This document shows positions 1 through 9,135 of a DNA stretch of 32,339 bases, one piece after another. A program made the position numbers and the translations under genes. This DNA is from Pirellulales bacterium (lineage in GTDB: Bacteria > Patescibacteriota > Patescibacteriia > JBDRGY01), in contig JAIWBS010000029.1 of the NCBI GenBank assembly GCA_048633705.1, forward strand, positions 1 to 32,339. The letters are read 5' to 3'. Positions within the stretch are counted from its first letter, which is position 1, and each line of letters begins with the position of its first letter. The notes under the pieces are model-generated. The model saw only the letters and a list, made by a program, of their open reading frames with translations. It had not been told where the DNA came from and did no database searches.

Positions 1-63
1 AAAATTTTGAGAATTATTGGATTTTATTGGGATTGTTTATAAATTCCTAATTGATTTGGCAGC

Positions 64-75
64 TGCCGCGGGAGA
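64..75 (-). repeat. 12-nt exact direct repeat of the tRNA-Leu(TAA) 3' acceptor strand (partner copy at 141-152)
   Basis: tgccgcgggaga occurs at 64-75 and again at 141-152, which is the 3' end of the tRNA on the minus strand. The flanking bases differ on both sides. Confidence 0.6.
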
Positions 76-140
76 TCCTGCCTAATCCTCACTATATTTG
101 GATAAGCTGGGCAAGGACTCTTAATGGTTATAATAATTAA

Positions 141-224
141 TGCCGCGGGAGAGACTCGAACTCTCAAGGTGTTGCCACCACTGGATTTTAAGTCCAGCGC
201 GTATACCGATTCCGCCACCGCGGC
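141..224 (-). tRNA. tRNA-Leu (anticodon TAA), type II, CCA not encoded
   Basis: The reverse complement folds as a cloverleaf. Acceptor GCCGCGG/CCGCGGC, anticodon arm CTGGA-CTTAAAA-TCCAG, long variable arm, T arm GAGAG-TTCGAGT-CTCTC, discriminator A. Confidence 0.9.
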
Positions 225-286
225 TTATTTCTTGCTTGGTTGCCAAAGGTATTTATCCAGATCGGCAAAATAATTTATAAATTTTA

Positions 287-1417
287 CTATTTCTGTTCTC
301 GCATATGAACTGATATTCCTTTAGTAGTTCCTTCATAAATCCTATACAATATCTGATTATTAGGATTTCTGGTCATTGCCTCATTCCATCCTTTATATTT
401 TCCTACTTCTTTACCCTTACTATCACTGCGTTTTAAGTCAGCTGCTGCTTCTATGTGTTTTCTCAATCTATAATCAAAATTAGAGGGAATATGGACATGT
501 CTTCCTAAATCTTCAATCTGATCAACTCTATCTTGATATTCCCAGGCTTTCCCAATGATTTCCCGATAACGTTCTGGGAAGCCAGCAATTGTTGGTTCGA
601 TTTCTTCTAATCTTTCGTTTAAATTTACCAGTTGTTGTTCTTGCTCCCTGACTTCGCTAAATATTGATTCCTGGGAAATTATCACATCTAAGGCTTTTCT
701 TTCCGTGCCTTTGAATCTGCCAAGGGAGCTACGTCTGTCTTGAACTTTTTCTAAAAATTCGTCTACTGTCCTACTATCGCTAAGATCTTGTTTTAATTGA
801 GCTTCTAACTCTGACTTTTTTAAACCTCCTACCACCTGTCGGATTATGCCCTCAATCCTCTGGCGAGTATTACCCATTTTTTCACGTTGTTTTTCAATAT
901 ACCTTGCGAAATCACTTTTACCCTTTGCCGCTACTTTTATTTCTTCCGCTAATTGATCAATTTGGGGATCTAGTTCGCCATGAGCTTCTTTTTCAATCAT
1001 GGTTGCTTCCCTTTCTTTGTCTTCTTGACCAGCTTCTTCTTGTAGTTTACCGGCTACTTCAGGCTTTTCAGCTATATCAGCAATCCGACGATTAATCTTT
1101 CCGATTTCTTCTTGTAGAGTTGCCACAGTTCCTCTTAATTCCTCTATTTCCTCGGAAACATCGACTTGACCTTCAGCTTGAACTTCTTCGTGCTCTGTCA
1201 GGGTAGTTTGAGCTTCCTCAAGTAATCTTTGCCTTTCAGCGGCTTGGGTTAGCAATGAATCATGACTGACTATCTCTTCCCTAATACCTTCTTCTCTTTC
1301 TCTTTCAGCTGCATCCGCTTTTTTTTCAAGCTCCTCCCTTAATCCTTTTAAACGCTCAATACTCGCAACTTTCCCCCTTGCTTCTTTGGGTATATCTCTT
1401 TCGTTTGTTTCTGGCAT
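287..1417 (-). CDS. Hypothetical Glu/Lys-rich coiled-coil protein (376 aa)
   Basis: Long ORF. Most of its length has heptad-like charged composition, and the C-terminal ~80 aa are non-repetitive. I recognise no family motif. Confidence 0.6.
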   Translation of the reverse strand: MPETNERDIPKEARGKVASIERLKGLREELEKKADAAEREREEGIREEIVSHDSLLTQAAERQRLLEEAQTTLTEHEEVQAEGQVDVSEEIEELRGTVATLQEEIGKINRRIADIAEKPEVAGKLQEEAGQEDKEREATMIEKEAHGELDPQIDQLAEEIKVAAKGKSDFARYIEKQREKMGNTRQRIEGIIRQVVGGLKKSELEAQLKQDLSDSRTVDEFLEKVQDRRSSLGRFKGTERKALDVIISQESIFSEVREQEQQLVNLNERLEEIEPTIAGFPERYREIIGKAWEYQDRVDQIEDLGRHVHIPSNFDYRLRKHIEAAADLKRSDSKGKEVGKYKGWNEAMTRNPNNQILYRIYEGTTKGISVHMREQK

Positions 1418-1470
1418 ATGTTTTAAAACTAATAGTTATCGGATTATTATAATTCAAAATTTGCCAATTG

Positions 1471-1797
1471 TCAAGATTTCCATTGATACCTTTTCAAATC
1501 GACAAAATAATTATCATCAATCTTTTTTATTTCAACGCCTTCACTTTTCAAAAGAAAGGTTTGTTCTTCAGTCGGATGAGCTAAATTGACTATACTAATC
1601 CGTCCTTCTCTGTTAATTACTCTCTGCCAAGGTATTGCTTCGGCCTTTTCTCCCACTACTTCATGTAAAGCCCAACCGACCATTCTTGCAGCCCTGGGAG
1701 AACCAATTAAAGCAGCAATTTGCCCGTAAGTGGCCACTTTGCCCCTGGGAATCTTTTTTACCCGTTGATAGACCTGTTGATAAAAGTTAACGGCCAT
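1471..1797 (-). CDS. Alkyltransferase-like (ATL) protein: MGMT/Ogt DNA-binding domain without the catalytic Cys
   Basis: 108 aa with the motifs IPRGKVATYGQIA and PRAARMVGWAL. The active-site PCHRV is replaced by PWQRV. Size and motif match ATL proteins such as S. pombe Atl1 and E. coli YbaZ. Confidence 0.8.
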   Translation of the reverse strand: MAVNFYQQVYQRVKKIPRGKVATYGQIAALIGSPRAARMVGWALHEVVGEKAEAIPWQRVINREGRISIVNLAHPTEEQTFLLKSEGVEIKKIDDNYFVDLKRYQWKS

Positions 1798-1806
1798 ATT
1801 TTTATC

Positions 1807-1882
1807 TGGTCGGGGTGAGAGGATTCGAACCTCCGATCTCGTGCTCCCAAAGCACGCGCCTTAGCCACTAGGCTACACCCCG
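1807..1882 (-). tRNA. tRNA-Pro (anticodon TGG), CCA encoded
   Basis: Reverse complement: CGGGGTG TA GCCT..AGGC G CGTGC-TTTGGGA-GCACG AGATC GGAGG-TTCGAAT-CCTCT CACCCCG A CCA. Confidence 0.92.
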
Positions 1883-2248
1883 TTATTTCTTATATCGTTT
1901 TTCGTTGGTTTTATATCCAGTGTCAGAAGTCCATTTAAGAAATATTTTCTTTTTGAAGCCGCCTTTTTTTCTCATGTTCTTTTTTCGAGCTATGGCGATC
2001 TGCTTATTAGAAACTTTCTTAATTTTCTTAATTTCTTCAATCACCTCAATTACATCAGCTAATTCATCAATCAATTCTTTTTTAGATCGGGTAGCGGTCA
2101 AGCCACTAGCTTCCTCCTCTACTTTCTGAATCAACTTCTTTTCAAATTCTTTACTGTTTAATATTCTATAAGAACCTATGCCTCCAGAATTTTCAATCCT
2201 ATCAGGAATTCTATCTCGGATTAACTTATTGTAGTAAATGCGTTTCAT
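1883..2248 (-). CDS. MazG-like / phosphoribosyl-ATP pyrophosphohydrolase-like NTP pyrophosphatase (121 aa)
   Basis: The N-terminal YNKLIRDRIPDRIE motif and the later EELADVIEVIEEI helix are typical of the small MazG-like all-alpha NTP-PPase family. The stop codon abuts tRNA-Pro position +1. Confidence 0.6.
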   Translation of the reverse strand: MKRIYYNKLIRDRIPDRIENSGGIGSYRILNSKEFEKKLIQKVEEEASGLTATRSKKELIDELADVIEVIEEIKKIKKVSNKQIAIARKKNMRKKGGFKKKIFLKWTSDTGYKTNEKRYKK

Positions 2249-2254
2249 AATTAA

Positions 2255-2330
2255 TGGTGCCGAGGGGCAGAATCGAACTGCCGACGCAAGGATTTTCAGT
2301 CCTTCGCTCTACCACTGAGCTACCTCGGCC
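2255..2330 (-). tRNA. tRNA-Phe (anticodon GAA), CCA encoded
   Basis: Reverse complement: GGCCGAG GT AGCTCAGTGGTAGAGC G AAGGA-CTGAAAA-TCCTT GCGTC GGCAG-TTCGATT-CTGCC CCTCGGC A CCA. Confidence 0.92.
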
Positions 2331-2347
2331 TATTTTAAAAATCTGAC

Positions 2348-2440
2348 TGGTGGGTACGGTCCCGCCGTTGGCGGGACGACCTCGCTCGCCTCGCTTCGCG
2401 TGAGCGAAGCGGGTCATTACCTACCCGCCGTACGGATACC
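2348..2440 (-). ncRNA. GC-rich tRNA-sized structured element ending in a tRNA 3'-half-like module (AGGTC, GTCCCGC-CAACG-GCGGGAC, CGTACCC, ACCA)
   Basis: There are three perfect hairpins: 2359-2377, 2392-2411 and 2410-2427. The 3' module at 2348-2382 mimics the adjacent tRNA-Ile(GAT) 3' end: same AGGTC, and CGTACCCACCA versus CGTGCCCACCA. GC content is far above the flanks. It does not fit a canonical cloverleaf. Confidence 0.4.
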
Positions 2441-2459
2441 TATTCTATTCATCTGTTGC

Positions 2460-2536
2460 TGGTGGGCACGGAAGGATTTGAACCTTCGACCTCGTCATTA
2501 TCAGTGACGCGCTCTAACCAACTGAGCTACGTGCCC
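2460..2536 (-). tRNA. tRNA-Ile (anticodon GAT), CCA encoded, downstream of 16S
   Basis: Reverse complement: GGGCACG TA GCTC AGTTGGTTA GAGC G CGTCA-CTGATAA-TGACG AGGTC GAAGG-TTCAAAT-CCTTC CGTGCCC A CCA. Confidence 0.92.
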
Positions 2537-2674
2537 GTAAAACCTATAAAAAGAAGTTCAATGTCAACAAGTATATACTAATTTACCAGAAATATTTGAA
2601 TTTGACAAGGGTCTTTTCTTTTATTTTTACAATTTTATTGTAACAAAAAAACCAATTATTAAAATCGGTTTTTT

Positions 2675-2702
2675 GTCTTTAACAACCAAACAGTGACAGA
2701 AG
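2675..2702 (-). promoter_or_regulatory. 3' arm of the 16S rRNA processing stem (probable RNase III substrate)
   Basis: Plus-strand gtctttaacaaccaaacagtgacagaag is nearly the reverse complement of 4347-4374 on the other side of the 16S gene. In the minus-sense transcript the two arms pair over ~28 nt, and the T/C differences become G-U pairs. Confidence 0.7.
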
Positions 2703-2801
2703 AAAAACGTTCTCCCCGATATTATCGGGGTCGACCCATCTCTAGGTAAAGAGATTGGATAAAGTGCCGAATTCGGACACTCTATCGGAAATTCTCCCTA
2801 G

Positions 2802-4286
<1,485 letters not shown>

Positions 4287-4346
4287 AGTTGACGATAGTT
4301 TTTAAAGGGAAACTATCAAACCAAAAATTTTTGTTTGACGAATCCC

Positions 4347-4374
4347 TTCTGTCACTATTTAGTTGTTAAAGAAC
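4347..4374 (-). promoter_or_regulatory. 5' arm of the 16S processing stem, containing a boxA-like antitermination motif
   Basis: Minus-sense GTTCTTTAACAACTAAATAGTGACAGAAG begins with GTTCTTTAACAA, which resembles the rrn boxA consensus TGCTCTTTAACAA. It is complementary to 2675-2702. Confidence 0.6.
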
Positions 4375-4540
4375 TTTTTCCTCACATTTGGGTGAAGAAA
4401 AAACAGGGAGCTCCAAATTCATTTAGAAATCACTGTTTTTTCTCCAGTTAATTAAATGGACACTTTAGGCGATAGGCTTTATCTCCTTATTTTAATGCTT
4501 ATTTTAGCCAAATTTTGGCTTTTTCTCTAGAACTACTACT

Positions 4541-4569
4541 ATAATATACCCAAATAGCTGAGCTGTCAA
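4541..4569 (-). promoter_or_regulatory. Sigma70-type promoter for the 16S rRNA transcription unit
   Basis: Minus-sense TTGACA (4569-4564), a 17-nt spacer, then TATTAT (4546-4541), about 255 nt upstream of the mature 16S 5' end. Confidence 0.6.
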
Positions 4570-4620
4570 CCCCGTTCTGTGGCCACAGGACAGGGGAAGT
4601 TTTTGGCAAAAATACTGGTT

Positions 4621-5274
4621 TCATTCTCCTCGTCTTCGTTTTACTTTCTTTTTCCTCCACTCGGCAATTTCTCGATGATTTCCTGATAATAGTATCTTGG
4701 GTACTGACCATTTATTAAATTTGGCCGGACGGGTATATTGGGGATATTCAATATAATCTAAATCTTTAGTATATGTTTCATCCTGAACTGAATGTTGATG
4801 ACCCAAAACCCCCGGTAATAACCTAGTAACTGCATCCAACACCACCATAGCTGGAATTTCCCCCCCGGTTAAAACATACTGGCCGATAGATATTTCTTCA
4901 TCAACCAATTTTCTCACTCTTTCATCGAAACCTTCATAATGTCCACAAATCAGTATCAAGTGTTTGTATTTAGTGTAAGCTTGGGCAACTTTTTGGGTAA
5001 AATGTTTTCCTTTTGGTGTTAATAATATTATTCGCGATTCTTTTTGTCGTTTTATTTTCTTTAAAGCCTTGGCAATCGGTTCAACTTTTAAAATCATCCC
5101 AGGACCTCCACCGTATGGTTTATCGTCTACTGTTTTATGCCTGTCAGAGGTAAACTTTCTTAAATCGTGAATTTTAATTTTAATTTTCTTTTTGGTCTGA
5201 GCACGTCTAATAATACTCTCATTGAAATAAGAGTCAAAAATCTCGGGGAAAATTGTGATGATTTCAAATCGCAT
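4621..5274 (-). CDS. trmD: tRNA (guanine37-N1)-methyltransferase TrmD
   Basis: MRFEIITIFPEIF..., DDKPYGGGPGMILKVEP and ICGHYEGFDERV are classic TrmD motifs. Confidence 0.93.
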   Translation of the reverse strand: MRFEIITIFPEIFDSYFNESIIRRAQTKKKIKIKIHDLRKFTSDRHKTVDDKPYGGGPGMILKVEPIAKALKKIKRQKESRIILLTPKGKHFTQKVAQAYTKYKHLILICGHYEGFDERVRKLVDEEISIGQYVLTGGEIPAMVVLDAVTRLLPGVLGHQHSVQDETYTKDLDYIEYPQYTRPAKFNKWSVPKILLSGNHREIAEWRKKKVKRRRGE

Positions 5275-5337
5275 AATAAATACAAAAGCCGTAAATTCAT
5301 TTTAGCAGATTCTACGGCTTTTGTCTTAAGTTTTTGT

Positions 5338-5679
5338 TTATAGTTTTAGGTCATCTACGCCAGCATCATCAGCTGGTGCGCTAACTCCTCGCGGAGTTCG
5401 ACTACGACCTTCAGGTCTTTCACGCCCTTCAGGTTCGTGGATTTTTAGGTTAACTCGTGCCTGATTTTTGGCACCAACCACGCGCAACAGAGTACGGATC
5501 GATTTGGCAGTTTGACCTTGACGGCCGATTACCTGACCCAGGTCAGATTGATTGACATGGAGAGTGATTAATACTCCCATCTCATCCACTGACCGCTCTG
5601 ATTTGACGTCACTGGGATTGTCAACCATCGCTTTGACGATGTACTCAACAAATTCTTGATCTCCGAATGATTTTGCCAT
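5338..5679 (-). CDS. KH-domain RNA-binding protein (YlqC/UPF0109 family) with a charged C-terminal tail
   Basis: The motif VIGRQGQTAKSIRTLL is a GXXG KH core. The gene lies between rpsP and trmD, as in many bacteria. Confidence 0.85.
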   Translation of the reverse strand: MAKSFGDQEFVEYIVKAMVDNPSDVKSERSVDEMGVLITLHVNQSDLGQVIGRQGQTAKSIRTLLRVVGAKNQARVNLKIHEPEGRERPEGRSRTPRGVSAPADDAGVDDLKL

Positions 5680-5793
5680 CTTTATCGTGTTTACGGATTA
5701 AATCTAGATTTAATAAGCAAACAGCCTTTTCCTTCTTACGACCTTTCTGTACTTTGAAAAATCAGCTGCTACTAACTAAAAACAATAATATAT

Positions 5794-6327
5794 CTATTTA
5801 TTTTCTTTGTCAATCGGTTTCTTTTCTTGTTTATCATCTTCAGATTTTTCTTCCTTCTTCTCCTCAGATTCTTTTTCAGACTTTACTTCGGGTTTCTTTT
5901 CCTTCTTCTCTTCAGCTGGTTTAGCTGGTTTTTCAGCTTCTTGCTTATCTTCTTGCTTGGCTGCCGGTTTTTCTTCCTTTTTTTCTTCTTTTTTTTCTTC
6001 AGCTGGTTTTGTTTCCGGTTTAGGGGCTTCTTCTTCACCTTCTTTTTTCTTTTTCTTCTTAGGTTTCCAAACCTTTTTCTTCTCGCCTTTTATAATACCT
6101 TTTTCTACTAACAAATTATAAACCGTGTCAGAGGTCTGGGCACCTTTTGATAACCAGTGTTTAACTCTGTCTTCTTTCAATTCCATTTTGGAAGGAGAGG
6201 GGTGAGGGTCATAAAAACCCAGGTCTTCCAAAAAATCACCTTTGGTATCCTTGGTCTTTTCGGAAATAATAAAGCGAAAAGTGGGGTGATGTTTTTTACC
6301 AATTCTTTTCAAACGAATTACTAACAT
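5794..6327 (-). CDS. rpsP: 30S ribosomal protein S16 with a ~90-aa Lys/Glu/Pro-rich C-terminal extension
   Basis: The N-terminal ~85 aa (MLVIRLKRIGKKHHPTFRFIISE...DRVKHWLSKGAQTSDTV) are S16. The remainder is a low-complexity KE-rich tail. Confidence 0.92.
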   Translation of the reverse strand: MLVIRLKRIGKKHHPTFRFIISEKTKDTKGDFLEDLGFYDPHPSPSKMELKEDRVKHWLSKGAQTSDTVYNLLVEKGIIKGEKKKVWKPKKKKKKEGEEEAPKPETKPAEEKKEEKKEEKPAAKQEDKQEAEKPAKPAEEKKEKKPEVKSEKESEEKKEEKSEDDKQEKKPIDKENK

Positions 6328-6396
6328 TCAGAATTTTGTTAATTATTTAAGTAATATGGATATTATCGGAAATAACCGATTTTGTCAACCAATTGA

Positions 6397-9063
6397 CTAT
6401 TCTGCGTAGCCAATCACTTTTTCTGCTTCGTCCATTTTTACACTTAAAAGCCGGGAGATGCCGTCTTCACCCATCGTTACTCCGTAAAGAATTTTGCCGA
6501 TGTGCATAGTGGCTCTATTGTGAGTAACCAAGATAAATTGGGTTTTTCTGGACAGTTCGTTAATAATAGCAGCATATCTTTCGGAATTAGCTTCGTCCAG
6601 GGCTGCATCAACTTCATCTAAAATCACAAAAGGAGAAGGGTTGTTGGAAATTATAGCACAAAGAAGGGCAATTGAAGTCAAAGCCTTTTCCCCACCGGAA
6701 AGCATATTTATACTTTTTAACCTTTTACCTGGCGGCGTTGCGTAGATTTCCACTCCCGCGATTACTTTTTCCGTCTTCTTTCTAGCCTGACTTTTTTCTT
6801 TTTTCTGGTCAGGTACCTCTTCCTCATCTAATTCTTCCCCTTCCTCATCACCCTGAATAACCGTTCTTTGTAATGATAATTTGGCTTGCCCACCTTTAAA
6901 AAGAGTTTTAAAATACTGGCCGAATTGCTCGTTTATTTTTTTAAAAGTGGCATCAAATTGTTTTTTAATTGTTTCATCTAATTCTCCAATGGCTTGAGCC
7001 AAATGATCAATTGCCTTGTTTAAATCATCCGATTGGGTCTTTAAATGGTTATGACGCGATTTAGTATCTTCATATTCCTTGACAGTCTCTGGATCGATAC
7101 CGCCGATCAATTCAATTTGGTTTTTTAATTTATGGATTTTTTCCGACAGTTCTGACCTGGACCAATCGTCTTGAGAATAGTCCGTTTGGGTTAACTTAAT
7201 AACTTGGTCCTGTAATTCTTCTGCTAACTCATCTTTCATTTCAATTTCTAAATCTTCTTTTTTGGTTTCCGCTCTGGCCAGGTTTACTTTGATTTCATTC
7301 AAATGTCGGGCTACTACATTTAATTCTGCTTGTTTCTCCTGAAATTTTCTTTGCCAACCTATTAATTCATCTCTTTTCTGCTGCTCCACTTTATTAAAAT
7401 TGGTAATTTTTACTTTGGCTATATCTAATTGCTTGTCCAGATTTTTGATTTGTTCCACAATCACCTGGTTTTGGTTTTCAGCATAGATCAAGGCTAATTT
7501 CTGGTCTGTTGGCTCACCTTTGATCTGGGCCAATTCTTGCTCGATCTTTTGGTGGTCCTCTCGCAATTTATCCAGATTTTTGCTCTGTAATTTATGTTTT
7601 TCTTGCTTCAACTGCAACGAAATCCTCAGGTAATAGATTTCGTTGACCAAATTGTCTTTCTTCTTGAAAAATAAAGTTAAATTATCCTGAATTCTCAAAA
7701 TTTCTTCGGGATCAGCAGATATACTGTTTTTTCTCAAACGGTTTTTTAACTCTTCTAAACGGCTTTTTAACTTCTCGGCCCTAATTTTGATCTTATCAAT
7801 ATCCTTAATGTCCTCCAGGTGGTTCAATTCGTGAATAATCTTTTCTTGGTCTTCGAATATAGAGTCAATTTCTTCCCTGATTTCAGGAATAGGCAGGGTT
7901 TTACTGGATAACTTTTCTTTGGCGGTAATTAGTTCATCCTCCAGTCGTTTAAACTCGTTAACCACTCTATCCTGTTTATGCAACTTGGAGTCGAGCTGCT
8001 GAGATTTTTCTTTAATTAATCCGTCTAATTCAATAAGTTCCTTTTTTATTTTTGTTTTTTCCGAATTTAATTCCTCTTTCCTTCTTTCCAAGAAAACTAG
8101 GTCATAACCGCCTGCTTTTTGTTGCTCCACCTCTAACTTGCCTTTCAAAGAGGCTTGTTGTTGCAACAAAGAATTTTTCTTTTCCAGCAGTTCTTCGTGT
8201 TGTTTCTGTAAATCCTGAAAAACTTCCTGCCGGGTGGCGCTTTTGGCCATTCGATTGATTTCTTCTTGAATTTTTTCTACTTCTTTTTCAACTATCCTTT
8301 TTTTGTCGCCCTCTGATTGACTTTTTTCTTCCAACTTTTTATGTTCGCAGAGAATCTCCTGCCAGAGATGGCCATAATATTGCAGCTGGAGGTTTTTTAA
8401 TTCTTCCTCAATCACTTCTCGTCTTTCCAATCGACGTACTTGCCTGGTCAGAGATCTTAACCTCGGTTCAATTTCCTGCATCAAAAGTTCGGCTTGGTGC
8501 AAATTCTCTTTGGTATGCTCTAACTTTTTTAATGCCTCTTCCTTTTTAATCTGGTATTGTTTTACTCCGGTCGCTTCATCAAAAAAATCTTTTCTTTCAT
8601 AGGGCGTAGCTGACAAAATTTTATCAACTGATCCCTGGCCAATCACCGAATAAGACCGCTGACCGAAATTGGCTCTAGCCAGCAATAATATGATATCTTG
8701 CAACCTGACTCGGTTTTTGTTTATTAAATATTCTGATTCCCCATCACGATAAAGACGCCGGGAAATTACCATCTCGGAGTAATCAATGGGGGCTGACCGA
8801 TCTTCGTTGTTTAAAAAAAGATCCACCTGAGCAAAACCTAATCTTGTTTTGGTCTTGGATCCGGCAAATATTACATCTTGAGCCTTTTTGCCTCTTAACA
8901 GTTTTAAACTTTGTTCACCCAATACCCATCTGACCGCATCGGCAATATTGGATTTTCCAGAACCGTTGGGCCCAACAATACAAGCAACCCCCCGGTTAAA
9001 CTCTAGGGTGGTTTTATGGGCGAATGATTTAAAACCTTGAATAACTAATTTCTGAAGATACAT
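6397..9063 (-). CDS. smc: SMC chromosome-segregation ATPase homologue, short (888 aa), no recognisable hinge domain
   Basis: The N-terminal head reads QGFKSFA...GPNGSGKSNIADAVRWVLGEQS. The C-terminal head reads LSGGEKALTSIAL...ILDEVDAALDE...THN. The ~520 aa between the heads read as continuous coiled coil. Confidence 0.88.
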   Translation of the reverse strand: MYLQKLVIQGFKSFAHKTTLEFNRGVACIVGPNGSGKSNIADAVRWVLGEQSLKLLRGKKAQDVIFAGSKTKTRLGFAQVDLFLNNEDRSAPIDYSEMVISRRLYRDGESEYLINKNRVRLQDIILLLARANFGQRSYSVIGQGSVDKILSATPYERKDFFDEATGVKQYQIKKEEALKKLEHTKENLHQAELLMQEIEPRLRSLTRQVRRLERREVIEEELKNLQLQYYGHLWQEILCEHKKLEEKSQSEGDKKRIVEKEVEKIQEEINRMAKSATRQEVFQDLQKQHEELLEKKNSLLQQQASLKGKLEVEQQKAGGYDLVFLERRKEELNSEKTKIKKELIELDGLIKEKSQQLDSKLHKQDRVVNEFKRLEDELITAKEKLSSKTLPIPEIREEIDSIFEDQEKIIHELNHLEDIKDIDKIKIRAEKLKSRLEELKNRLRKNSISADPEEILRIQDNLTLFFKKKDNLVNEIYYLRISLQLKQEKHKLQSKNLDKLREDHQKIEQELAQIKGEPTDQKLALIYAENQNQVIVEQIKNLDKQLDIAKVKITNFNKVEQQKRDELIGWQRKFQEKQAELNVVARHLNEIKVNLARAETKKEDLEIEMKDELAEELQDQVIKLTQTDYSQDDWSRSELSEKIHKLKNQIELIGGIDPETVKEYEDTKSRHNHLKTQSDDLNKAIDHLAQAIGELDETIKKQFDATFKKINEQFGQYFKTLFKGGQAKLSLQRTVIQGDEEGEELDEEEVPDQKKEKSQARKKTEKVIAGVEIYATPPGKRLKSINMLSGGEKALTSIALLCAIISNNPSPFVILDEVDAALDEANSERYAAIINELSRKTQFILVTHNRATMHIGKILYGVTMGEDGISRLLSVKMDEAEKVIGYAE

Positions 9064-9135
9064 AATGTGATTTTAAAACCCCTAAAGACTAATTTGGGGC
9101 TTTATCTTTTTTTGAATTTTTTGACAATTTAATAA

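Noticed and set aside
5807-6121. ORFs 5807-6121 and 5827-6111 (+), Phe/Ser/Leu-rich
   Set aside because: They are antisense to the low-complexity Lys/Glu tail of rpsP. Poly-AAG/GAA codons read as TTC/CTT on the other strand, so this is not independent coding evidence.
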